The position numbers and the translations under genes were made by a program. A stretch of 63,996 nt of DNA, filler included, from Bacteriovoracaceae bacterium (GTDB lineage Bacteria; Bdellovibrionota; Bacteriovoracia; Bacteriovoracales; Bacteriovoracaceae): the NCBI GenBank assembly GCA_018649885.1. It is 7 parts of 7 records of this genome, joined end to end, with 100 filler letters (N's around TTAATTAATTAA, not from the genome) between each part and the next. Parts side by side here need not be neighbours in the genome. Positions count along the whole stretch, not along the records: positions 17,407 to 30,727 come from JABIHA010000088.1; 6 more parts are not named here. One strand, 5' to 3'. Under the pieces are notes generated by a model that made no database searches, had not been told where the DNA came from, and saw nothing but the letters and a program-made list of their open reading frames with translations. Positions 19,132 to 28,595 of the stretch are shown in pieces (position 1 is the stretch's first letter; each line of letters starts with the position of its first letter).

Positions 19132-20301
19132 TTAAAGTGATAGATCGACTTTTTCCCAAGCAAGGCCCTCATCCTCTCTCCCAAAGTGGCCATAGTTTGT
19201 TGTGCGCCCAAAGATGGGCCTATTTAATTCGAGTTTTTCGATAATAGCTGCTGGTCTAAAGTCAAACTTCGATTTTAAAATTCGAGTAATCTCACGGTCA
19301 CTTACTTTTCCGGTACCAAAAGTTTCTACCATCATAGCTACCGATTGGCCCTTGCCAATACAATATGCAACTTGAATTTCCAATTTATCGGCAAAACCAG
19401 AAGCCACTAAATTTTTGGCTGCATATCTTGCCATATATGCTCCTGAACGATCAACTTTGGTTGCATCCTTACCTGAAAAACAACCTCCTCCATGACGTGC
19501 CATTCCTCCATAAGTGTCGACAATAATTTTTCTACCAGTGACTCCAGTATCACCAAGCGGGCCTCCAATAACAAAACGATCAGTGGGGTTAATATGAATA
19601 ATTGTCTTATCATCTAACAAATTTTTTGGAATGGAGTGGCAAATCACCCTGTCTTTGATTTCATGGCGGAGCTTATCAATCTCTATATCAGGATTGTGTT
19701 GGGCCGAAACGATGATGGTATTCACTCGGACTGGTTTTCCTTTATGGTATTCGAGGGTAACCTGTGATTTACCATCGGGGCGTAGAAAAGGGAGCTCTTT
19801 TGACTTGCGAACTTCTGTTAAGCGCCTCGTTAATGAGTGGGCCAATTTAATTGGAAGGGGCATGTATTCCGGGGTTTCAGATACGGCAAAGCCAATCACC
19901 ATGCCTTGGTCGCCAGCGCCGAGTTCATGCCCGCTCTTTTCGATCCCGAGAGCTATATCAGCACTTTGTTCCTTAATAGAATTGATAATTTTACAATTGT
20001 GAGTAAATCCATACTCACTTTCGATATATCCTAAATCCTTTATAATATGGCGAGCGATACCTACAGGATCAATACTGGCCTTCGCCGAGATTTCTCCCGC
20101 CAAATGGAGAAGGTCAGCGGTAACCAGGCATTCACCCGCAACATGGCCTTTTGGGTCTTGTTCCAAGATCGCATCTAAAATGCCATCGGCAACTCGATCA
20201 CAAATTTTGTCGGGGTGGCCTTCCGTCACACTCTCAGAAGTAAAAAAGAACTTAGAACAGGATTTAAATGAATTAGGGCCCACAACTTTCTCCCTTTCCA
20301 A
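19132..20301 (-). CDS. metK: S-adenosylmethionine synthase
   Basis: FTSESVTEGHPDK, GAGDQG, RPDGKSQV, GRKIIVDTYGG, GGGCFSGKD and YGHFGR motifs. Confidence 0.97.
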   Translation of the reverse strand: MEREKVVGPNSFKSCSKFFFTSESVTEGHPDKICDRVADGILDAILEQDPKGHVAGECLVTADLLHLAGEISAKASIDPVGIARHIIKDLGYIESEYGFTHNCKIINSIKEQSADIALGIEKSGHELGAGDQGMVIGFAVSETPEYMPLPIKLAHSLTRRLTEVRKSKELPFLRPDGKSQVTLEYHKGKPVRVNTIIVSAQHNPDIEIDKLRHEIKDRVICHSIPKNLLDDKTIIHINPTDRFVIGGPLGDTGVTGRKIIVDTYGGMARHGGGCFSGKDATKVDRSGAYMARYAAKNLVASGFADKLEIQVAYCIGKGQSVAMMVETFGTGKVSDREITRILKSKFDFRPAAIIEKLELNRPIFGRTTNYGHFGREDEGLAWEKVDLSL

Positions 20302-20369
20302 TTTTATTAAGTTATAAAAATGTTATAAGTCATATACAAACTCTTGAATCAAAGTGAAACTCAATTATT

Positions 20370-21113
20370 ATGAAGGAAGCACTTTTAACATTGGGGTTGT
20401 TTTTTATTTTAGTGAGTGCCGTGGGCAAAACGGATCGCTTTCGAGATGAGCGCAGTGCTTTGCTAAAAATAATTAATTCACAATTTGCTGAATCCTCTGG
20501 CACAACTAGCATACTAAGAATGAGTCCCTCTGTGGAAAAGTCCATGCGTGATACTCCTCGTAGTCAATTTATTCCGCAATACTTAAGGCGTTATAGTTAC
20601 GCCAACCGCCCATTGTCAATTGGCCATGGGCAGACTATTTCCCAACCTTTCATCGTTGCATTGATGACTGAAGTTATTAGACCTAAAAAGAGTCACGTGG
20701 TCTTAGAAGTCGGTACTGGTTCTGGGTATCAAGCAGCAGTACTCTCTCCACTGGTAAAGGAAGTTCATAGTATTGAAATCATTCCTCAGCTGGCGAAAAA
20801 GTCTAAGATATTACTTAAAGGTTTGGGTTACAAAAATATCTTTAGCTATACTGGAGATGGGTATTATGGCCTTTCCAAGCATAGACAAAGCAATCGGAAA
20901 ATACCTGATCTATTTGACTCGATTATTGTGACAGCAGCATCTTCACACATACCACCAAGTCTCATCAAACAACTTAAAATTGGTGGCAAAATGATTATTC
21001 CTGTCGGTGGTACCTTTCAAGTTCAATATCTAATTTTGGTAGAAAAAAGTGCTACCGGCGTCAAAAGCAAAAACATTCTACCGGTACGATTTGTTCCTCT
21101 TACTAGGAACTAA
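20370..21113 (+). CDS. pcm: Protein-L-isoaspartate O-methyltransferase with an N-terminal signal/anchor
   Basis: IGHGQTISQPFIVA, VLEVGTGSGYQAA, FDSIIVTAA, QLKIGG..IIPVG and VRFVPL motifs; N-terminus MKEALLTLGLFFILVSAVG. Confidence 0.93.
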   Translation: MKEALLTLGLFFILVSAVGKTDRFRDERSALLKIINSQFAESSGTTSILRMSPSVEKSMRDTPRSQFIPQYLRRYSYANRPLSIGHGQTISQPFIVALMTEVIRPKKSHVVLEVGTGSGYQAAVLSPLVKEVHSIEIIPQLAKKSKILLKGLGYKNIFSYTGDGYYGLSKHRQSNRKIPDLFDSIIVTAASSHIPPSLIKQLKIGGKMIIPVGGTFQVQYLILVEKSATGVKSKNILPVRFVPLTRN

Positions 21114-21115
21114 TC

Positions 21116-23545
21116 GTGGTTATTCGCTTATTTCCCATATTTTTCATTTCTCTGACCTCTCTTCTATACCAAATTCTCTTGATGAAGCTAATGTCTCTGA
21201 TCCAGTGGTCCAATCTTGTGACCTTCGTGCTTGGTCTTGCCATGCTTGGATACTCGGCAGGCGGCGTTGCTCTTGCCATATTTAAAGATATGATTGAAAA
21301 GAGACTTAAGTTTTTTCGATTTCTTTTCAGCACCTTATTTTCTCTTTCGGCATTTTTTACATTTTATCTCTTGCAAAGAATTCCTCTCTCTCCGCAGGAG
21401 ATACTCTGGGATTATAAGCAATTACTTTATTTTTTTATTTTTTTTGTAGGACTTAGCATTCCTTTTGCGGCAGTGAGTGCCTTCTTAGGAAGTTACTACT
21501 TGGAGCAAAAGCTTAGGGGAGGGAGGATATACTTCTTTGATCTAGTTGGTGCCGCTAGTGGATCTCTTTTGGCGATAATAGTGATTAGTGCGTTGGGACC
21601 AAAGCAGGGACTTACGACAATTTCTTCTCTTGGCCTGTTAATCGCCTGCTATATATTATTTTGGGAGCTGAAAAAAAAATACTGGGCCCTATTTTTACTA
21701 CTGACTTTTCTCTGTGCAAATTTTCTGTGGCCGTCTAATAAATTTTCTTTTCATCTATCTCCACATAAGCAACTCAATGGAGTACTTAGAATACCAAAAA
21801 CAAATATATTAAAGGAATACGATGATCCTCTTAGTAGAAAAACTGTTGTTGAAAGTCCAGCTCTTCCTTTTCGATATGCTCCAGGGCTGAGTCTGGCATT
21901 TCAGGGAAGCATTCCCGAGCAGCTTGGATTATTTTTTGATGGAGATAGTTTTTTATCAATAAACTCACTTCAGGAAGAAGAAAAACTGTGGCCATATCAA
22001 AAATATCTTCTGGAACATCTCCCTTTTGTGCTCGAACGGCCTAGGAAAAGTGTGTTGATTCTAGGGCCAGGAGGGGGAAGTAATATTCATCAGGCCTTGG
22101 CGATGGGATCTGAAAAAGTTGATGTCGTTGGCAATGATCCCGCTCTATTTTCTTTATTGAAAGAATACCCTCAGTATACAGGAAAGTTTTTGATGCATCC
22201 TTCGGTAAATTCAATTATCGGCGATGCACGAAATTATCTTAAAGTTAGCGTGCAGAAATATGATCTGATACAGCTCTCCTTGTGGGAATCGCAAACTGCT
22301 CATTTGAGTGGGGCCTACACGACTCGTCCAAATTTTCTTTTGACGGTAGAAGGAATTGAGCAAGTGATGAGCCGGTTAACCGAAAGAGGAATTGTTTTTT
22401 TCTCTCGCTGGATTCATTGGCCGCCTAGAGATTCTATTCGTTTATTCAACATAGTTATAGAATCAATGACCAACAAGGGAGTGAAGTATCCAGGGAAGAA
22501 CCTGGCATTACTTAGAAGTATTCAAACTTCATTGTTGATGGTATCCAAGGTTCCATTTACCCCGAGTGAATTGCAAAGTATGAGATCCTTTGCGGGAAGC
22601 AAGTCATTTGATCTCGTGTATTTGCCGGATATAAAAAAAGAAGAGGTTAATAGGTATAATTCAAATCCTCAGGCATTGTCCTATGAAATCACCCAGGATA
22701 TGCTGGGTGAGAAAAAACTTATTAATAGGTATAGTTACAAACTTTCTCCGACAACTGACGATCGGCCATTTTTCAATCACTTTCTTAAATTGAAAACTTT
22801 TATCGATCTCTTCTTAACAAAAAATAAAATGGGGATACATCTTCTTGATTGGGATCATGCACTTCTTTGGTTAACCACAATAATGGCAGTCTTTGTTGGC
22901 CTGATTTTTATCCTAATTCCAACTTCTATCTATTATAGGAAGGAGCTGAGATATACTCCCCAAAAATCAGTCCTGGTAAAAAAGATCATTTATTTTTCTT
23001 GTTTAGGGCTTGCTTTCATGTTTATAGAGCTGTCTTTAATTCATAAATTCACTCTCTTTTTGGGACATCCAATTTACTCGGTATCGCTAGTATACAGCTC
23101 CTTTCTCTTTTTTGCTGGGCTTGGTAGCTTGCACTCAAATTTCTGGGTTAAGAAAATCGGAGGCAGCACTCAATTTGCACTAAGTTTAATTGTGGCCGCA
23201 ATTGTCTTAATAGGAATTGTCTTGTACTACATCTTTATTCCGCTCTTAAGCGGCTTTCTCCACCTTAAAATGTTGTTAAAATTTACTCTGTGTTTTTTGA
23301 ATTTGGCCCCACTGGCATATTTTATGGGAATGCCATTTCCTCTCGGAATGGACTTTTTAAGACAAAAATCTGTCTCATCTGTTCCCATGGTCTTGGCCGC
23401 CAATGGAAGTTTTTCAGTCATCGGCGCACTAGGAGGAGGACTTCTTGTGGTTTATATTGGCATTCCGGCGACACTCTTTACAGGTTTCGCTTTCTACCTT
23501 TTAACTCCACTTTGTCTAGCTTCTAAAAATACCAACCCACTTTAA
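21116..23545 (+). CDS. Fused MFS-like / spermidine-synthase-like SAM-binding membrane protein
   Basis: 7 TM, then a soluble class I MTase-like domain (VLILGPGGG, GDARNYL, YDLIQL, TDDRPFF), then 7 TM (MGMPFP.G, AANGSFSV). Confidence 0.85.
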   Translation: MVIRLFPIFFISLTSLLYQILLMKLMSLIQWSNLVTFVLGLAMLGYSAGGVALAIFKDMIEKRLKFFRFLFSTLFSLSAFFTFYLLQRIPLSPQEILWDYKQLLYFFIFFVGLSIPFAAVSAFLGSYYLEQKLRGGRIYFFDLVGAASGSLLAIIVISALGPKQGLTTISSLGLLIACYILFWELKKKYWALFLLLTFLCANFLWPSNKFSFHLSPHKQLNGVLRIPKTNILKEYDDPLSRKTVVESPALPFRYAPGLSLAFQGSIPEQLGLFFDGDSFLSINSLQEEEKLWPYQKYLLEHLPFVLERPRKSVLILGPGGGSNIHQALAMGSEKVDVVGNDPALFSLLKEYPQYTGKFLMHPSVNSIIGDARNYLKVSVQKYDLIQLSLWESQTAHLSGAYTTRPNFLLTVEGIEQVMSRLTERGIVFFSRWIHWPPRDSIRLFNIVIESMTNKGVKYPGKNLALLRSIQTSLLMVSKVPFTPSELQSMRSFAGSKSFDLVYLPDIKKEEVNRYNSNPQALSYEITQDMLGEKKLINRYSYKLSPTTDDRPFFNHFLKLKTFIDLFLTKNKMGIHLLDWDHALLWLTTIMAVFVGLIFILIPTSIYYRKELRYTPQKSVLVKKIIYFSCLGLAFMFIELSLIHKFTLFLGHPIYSVSLVYSSFLFFAGLGSLHSNFWVKKIGGSTQFALSLIVAAIVLIGIVLYYIFIPLLSGFLHLKMLLKFTLCFLNLAPLAYFMGMPFPLGMDFLRQKSVSSVPMVLAANGSFSVIGALGGGLLVVYIGIPATLFTGFAFYLLTPLCLASKNTNPL

Positions 23546-24669
23546 AATGGAATATTATTAAGCATTAAATGACTAACCATATAATTTGAAAGCTCCTCAA
23601 ATGAATGATGGTTATGGAATATATCTTGTTGTTTATCTGCTGGTGATTGATTTGCTGCTCCCTCGAAAATATCCATCAATTCTTCTTCTGATAAATCGGA
23701 GAATTGCTCTTCAATATACGGTAAAAGTTTTTTGATGAAATCTTTCATTTTTACCATTTTTCCATTTTCACTAACGATCATTTCAGCATCAGGCCCATAA
23801 TGTGAGGCCCTAAAAATATTTTCTTTGTTTATCCAAGATGGGAGGTTTAAAGGCCAAGTATCAATACCCTCAATTTCAATGGCCACATCTTTTTTTATTA
23901 TCAAATATATGCCTAGAAAAAAAGCTGTTAATTTTACGGCCTCTCTTATGGAAGTTGGTGAATCCATTATTCGGCATTCTAATGTTGAGATTTCAGGACG
24001 TGGTCTTAAATACCAATGAATATCTTTGTAGTTTTCAAAAGTGTGTGTTTTTTGGGCCAAAAGGTAAAAATTTCTAAATTGCTTCACACTTTTAAATCTC
24101 GGAGGTAGTCCATAACTACGATCCATACTTAAAAGCCTCGTTCTGAAAGATTGAAAACCTGTTCGTTTACCATGATAAAATGGTGAATTCGCGCTTAAGG
24201 CCAATAATAACGGAAGATAAGGTGTGATACCGTTGAGAAGGTATATACTGTCTTCCAATGATTTTACATTTACATGTATATGAAAAGAGAAAGTCGATAA
24301 AAGTTTCCCTATATAACAAGCTTTTTTTTCCATTTCCATGTAACGATGAAGGGGCGTAAATTCTATCAGCTGCTGGTCAAAAGGATGGGTGCCGCCACCA
24401 CTAAGATCAATCCCCAATGTTTTTGAAGAAGATCTCAGTTCCTCTAAACGTTTTTTTAAATTGTCTGATAATTGTGACAAATTATGGCAAATAGAAGAAT
24501 GAACTTCAATTGAACTTTGAAAGAATTCTGGCCGATACCACCCCGCATGGGGAAGGGTATCTAAAAGTTGCATTGATTTATTGACAAGACAACGATCATC
24601 AGAACTCAATAATTGCAACTCCCACTCCACCGCAAAAGATGGGAATATGTCAGTGTTATTAGTTTCCAT
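23542..24669 (-). CDS. Glutamate--cysteine ligase GCS2 / YbdK-type carboxylate-amine ligase
   Basis: AVEWELQL, GGGTHPF, FHIHV, LALSANSPF, W.LRPRP..STLECRIMD motifs. Confidence 0.9.
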   Translation of the reverse strand: METNNTDIFPSFAVEWELQLLSSDDRCLVNKSMQLLDTLPHAGWYRPEFFQSSIEVHSSICHNLSQLSDNLKKRLEELRSSSKTLGIDLSGGGTHPFDQQLIEFTPLHRYMEMEKKACYIGKLLSTFSFHIHVNVKSLEDSIYLLNGITPYLPLLLALSANSPFYHGKRTGFQSFRTRLLSMDRSYGLPPRFKSVKQFRNFYLLAQKTHTFENYKDIHWYLRPRPEISTLECRIMDSPTSIREAVKLTAFFLGIYLIIKKDVAIEIEGIDTWPLNLPSWINKENIFRASHYGPDAEMIVSENGKMVKMKDFIKKLLPYIEEQFSDLSEEELMDIFEGAANQSPADKQQDIFHNHHSFEELSNYMVSHLMLNNIPF

Positions 24670-24943
24670 AATTATGCCCCCTCCGTATTATAAAAACATT
24701 CATATAACATAAAATACAAAACTATCATCTGACTTGAATTAGATATAGACCTGTCCAGATTCATAAAAAATCATATTCAAAGGGCAAAGAAAAACTAGCA
24801 CTCCTACTGAATGAATATCATCCAGGATAAAAATTGAGAAAGATCATTTCAAATTACATCCAAAACATATAATTTCCATCATTATGAAAGCTAAAAACTA
24901 TTTACGACAAAAAAAAAGATACAATGAAAATTCTTACAAATAA

Positions 24944-25014
24944 TTTGTAACCTTTGTAACCTTTGTAACCTTTGTAACCTTTGTAACCTTTGTAACCTTT
25001 GTAACCTTTGTAAC
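24944..25014. repeat. Tandem repeat (TTTGTAACC) x 7.9
   Basis: Perfect 9-mer array. Confidence 0.97.
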
Positions 25015-25066
25015 AAAGAAAACACGCCGCTAAATATATTCAAAAGAATTCAGGAGAGGAATAGAA

Positions 25067-25238
25067 GGGGGCTACTTGCGGAAGGCCCAACTTAAACAGG
25101 TTGAGACTGTTTCTATAGATATCCATAGGTCAAACTTTCATTGGCGATCACTTGATATAAAGGAGGATTGCTGGCTTCGTTATCGTTTTTAATTTGGCAA
25201 AATAAATTTTAATCTAGTTTAGGCAAGTAGCCCTTTCT
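25067..25238. repeat. REPIN/MITE-like element 1 bounded by GGGCTACTTGC / GCAAGTAGCCC
   Basis: Terminal inverted repeats; the 3' ~115 bp is similar to 26261-26378. Confidence 0.65.
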
Positions 25239-25297
25239 GTAAGCAATTCAAATGAGCTCTATCCCTTTAAAAAAGGTCTTAAAGCAAAAATCATAAC

Positions 25298-25768
25298 CTA
25301 ATCAATGCTACACACGGTATCGCTGGGAAGTGTTCTTGTTAATCCCGAATAACTGGGTCTGCCGAAAGTAATTAATCTTTTATTTCCTTCACCTGCAGGA
25401 CCACTACCGGGGTTGGCATAGCGATTATTAGTGGTAATTACAAAAGTTTTATTGTGGATTTTTGCCTTCATGGCCACTTCTAGACAGTTTTTAATAAAAT
25501 TATCAACGGCCATACCACCACCAGAACCGACTTGCCAAAAATTTCTAAAAAGCCACTTGATTTCACCATGCTCAGAAGTCTTACCATAAATTTGTAGTTG
25601 CTTGTAAAACCTACCAGCAACGGGAATCATATTATGACTAGATATAGAAATGCTACCGAGACTGGTGAAAGTATATTGCTCTTGAACCTCTCTCAAAACC
25701 CAAGATTCAGAGGCAACTGCCTGGCAAAAGGGAATTGAAAGTGCTACTAAAGATATTAGAAATTTCAT
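25298..25768 (-). CDS. Secreted hypothetical protein
   Basis: GGAGG RBS + MKFLISLVALSIPFCQAVA signal peptide (start 25768). Confidence 0.75.
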   Translation of the reverse strand: MKFLISLVALSIPFCQAVASESWVLREVQEQYTFTSLGSISISSHNMIPVAGRFYKQLQIYGKTSEHGEIKWLFRNFWQVGSGGGMAVDNFIKNCLEVAMKAKIHNKTFVITTNNRYANPGSGPAGEGNKRLITFGRPSYSGLTRTLPSDTVCSID

Positions 25769-25995
25769 TATTTCCTCCATTTTCCAGGTAATCACTACCA
25801 CAAAAATGCAAATATCTTTAAATATTTGAAAAAGATCAAAAACCATAATGGAATCTTAACTTATGTTTCATTCGAGTAATCGTTATTATACATGTCTTAT
25901 CCATAACTACTGTGACATTTAAATGTTGCCAAATGATTTACAGAGAGATTTCTAGATATAATTATCTTGGTTTTTTGTTCTAAAATGAAGAAATA

Positions 25996-26384
25996 GCTAC
26001 TTGCTCAAAATCCAAAAACTTTGAAAAAAATCCAAGGATTGGAAATCAATTATTTGGCTGATAAACGATATCAAAAAAATATGATATCGTCTGTTGTATA
26101 CTGTAAAAATAGAGCGTGTATAAACTCAATACAGATCCTGGCAAGAATCGGGGCCCAACACCGAGCGAATGGATTCACCTGTATAATAACGATTTCACGA
26201 GTTTAAAAAGAAGGCCAGAATTCTCGTGCAGAAGGCTACAAAAGGCGATTTGAGTACGTCACTATAGAGATCCAGGCTAAACTTCAACGGTGGTCACTTG
26301 ATAAAGAGTAGGACTGCTAGCAGGCATTTCGTTTTTATTTATTTGGCAAAATAGTTTAAAACAAAGCAAGTAGCCCCCTATTCC
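25996..26384. repeat. REPIN/MITE-like element 2 bounded by GCTACTTGCT / AGCAAGTAGCCCCC
   Basis: Same terminal motif as element 1; internal hairpin ACGATATCA-N8-TGATATCGT at 26065-26090. Confidence 0.6.
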
Positions 26385-26436
26385 ATTTGGATAAAAACTC
26401 CTTCATCTTTACACGACCTGCAAAAAGTACGTACAT

Positions 26437-27264
26437 TCAATCCTTCAGCAAAAAACCTTTCAAACCTTGCCAGTAGGCTTCAAAGTTAGAGAGATTATTG
26501 TGCCCACCATTTTCTACTGTGATGAAGCTATCTTTTTCAGTTAGCTTTTCAGCGACCGTTTTTCCAATTTCATAGGGAATGATTTGGTCCGCAGTCCCGT
26601 GGACGATTAAAATGGGGGCCTTAATATCTTTAATGCGATCAATATTATTAAAGTGATAACGCAGGAAAAATTTGGGGACAATGGGATAGTGCACTGATAA
26701 TAAGCTTGATAGGGTATCAAAGGGTGTTTCCAGTACAACCTTGCTACACTTTCTTTGGGAAGCAAGGTGAGTGGCCATGGGGGTGCCTATGCTTCGCCCG
26801 TAGATGATCACATTTTCGGGGGCAAAAGTTTTGGCAACTATATCGTAAATTTTTAAGGCATCGGATAGAAGACTCTTTGGTGCCACTGAGCCGCCACTTT
26901 TACCATAGCCGCGATAATCGATGACAATAACGTGATACCCAAGTCTCGAAAGCTCTACTCCAACATTTCCCCAGCTATCCAAAGATCCTGCATTGCCATG
27001 AAAATACAAAATTACTTCATTTGACTCCTGTTTTGGAAAAAAGTGCAGGCCGTGTATCTTGACACCTTTGTCTACTTCCCACCAAGACTCCTTAAATTTT
27101 GCTGGAAAATGAAATTGGTGATCCTTGCTCAGCTTCTGTGGATAGAAAATTAACTTGTCCTGCAAGAAGTAAATTCCCGAAAATCCTGCAATTAAAACTA
27201 AGGCAATAATCTGTAGCATAACCATATTATGCCATTTAGTAGAATTTAAGGCAATAATCTGCAT
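26437..27264 (-). CDS. Alpha/beta hydrolase (ABHD13/BEM46-like)
   Basis: YFHGNAG, DYRGYG, GRSIG nucleophile, HGTADQII and GGHNNL motifs; N-terminal TM. Confidence 0.92.
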   Translation of the reverse strand: MQIIALNSTKWHNMVMLQIIALVLIAGFSGIYFLQDKLIFYPQKLSKDHQFHFPAKFKESWWEVDKGVKIHGLHFFPKQESNEVILYFHGNAGSLDSWGNVGVELSRLGYHVIVIDYRGYGKSGGSVAPKSLLSDALKIYDIVAKTFAPENVIIYGRSIGTPMATHLASQRKCSKVVLETPFDTLSSLLSVHYPIVPKFFLRYHFNNIDRIKDIKAPILIVHGTADQIIPYEIGKTVAEKLTEKDSFITVENGGHNNLSNFEAYWQGLKGFLLKD

Positions 27265-27583
27265 TTATAGTCTGCAGTTATAGTCCGTGAATACCATTTT
27301 TTTGTGGAATACTTTAACATTAGAAAAGGGAAGTTATAGCGCTAGCTTTTTCTTACCTAAAACAAATATCATTTTTTCTAACAGCTTTGATCAATTTTAT
27401 TCTGCGCAGAGAAAATATTGTTGGCGCCACTTCGTCTTTATTTTGATTTTTTTCTTCATTAAATCCCCACTTGTGATTGATGTCATTAATGTTTTAAGTA
27501 ATCGTTTTATAATCCAGCAAGAATAAGGGGTATGAGCTTGTTGAAATAACAGAGTTTATACACGGTAAAAATAGGAGATTTCT

Positions 27584-28036
27584 ATGAACAAATTATTTGG
27601 GGTTTTTCTAATTATGGTCTTTGTCTTCGCGTGTAGCTCAACAGTCAAAGAGGAAATTGAAGAGGAGAAGAAATCAGTTATGGGAGTTGATAATAGGGAG
27701 CAAATGATTAGTCGTACTCGCGATATTCTTGAAAAATCAGAAAATCTCACAAAAGAACAGCGTGAGAAATTTCTTGAGCTTCACTCTGAAATTATGAAGG
27801 ACGTGGCAGAGATAAACCAGGAGATTAGAAAATCAAAAGTTGTTCTATTTAAGGCAATCGTTGCAAAAGACTACAATCAAGATAAGGCTGAAGTCCTGAC
27901 TAAATCTATTAAAAAACTCTTCAGGAAAAAGCTAGAGCTTATGATCACAGGTATGGGTGAAGCAAAAGAGATTTTAGGAGTCTCCTCAGAAGAGGTGTTG
28001 GAATTTAGTATGCCCATTCATATAAATACTTTATAG
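27584..28036 (+). CDS. Helical lipoprotein (Spy/CpxP-like)
   Basis: Lipobox VFAC; NLTKEQREK resembles the LTxEQ motif; coiled-coil character. Confidence 0.6.
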   Translation: MNKLFGVFLIMVFVFACSSTVKEEIEEEKKSVMGVDNREQMISRTRDILEKSENLTKEQREKFLELHSEIMKDVAEINQEIRKSKVVLFKAIVAKDYNQDKAEVLTKSIKKLFRKKLELMITGMGEAKEILGVSSEEVLEFSMPIHINTL

Positions 28037-28595
28037 TCTTAGTTCGTAATATATCCATAAAATGCCAATGTTTTGTGCATTCTTTTTAATTGGTACACCT
28101 CTGAACTTACTGTAAATAAAATGTATTCAAAGCACCCCACTTCCCTACTCTCTAAGTTTAAATCGGCCCTAAATCACCCGCGAAAATCGACGTAACTTCC
28201 TTATACTCAATAACTCTCATTATATCGTACAAGCAGAATTGATAATAGGCTTCCGAGTAACGTTCTGTGGTTGTTTGTAGGCTGTGGCGTAGTTCAGCGA
28301 TTGTTTGAGGGTTGGTTATGATACTTGTCCTCCGGTTGTTTAAGCTATAGGGGCTCGATGTAAGTGCTTTCGAAAGAGTTCTGTGATTCTGAGTTTAAAG
28401 AAGTGGGGAGTTTTATTGCTTGATTCTCGGGGGACTGCAGTTCCACTGTGGGCTCCTCCCCCTCTGAGAGTACCTTTGAGCCCATTTCTCCCTTGTAATA
28501 TGAGAAGAAAAGAAGTTTTAGCAAGCTTACTTTTATATTGTCCCTACCCGTCTCAGTGCAGACTAAACGAGGACACTTTGAATTAAAGTTAAATA

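Noticed and set aside
26021..26206. 61-aa ORF inside REP-like element 2 as a transposase remnant
   Set aside because: No HUH or DDE motif and no RBS; cannot be supported.
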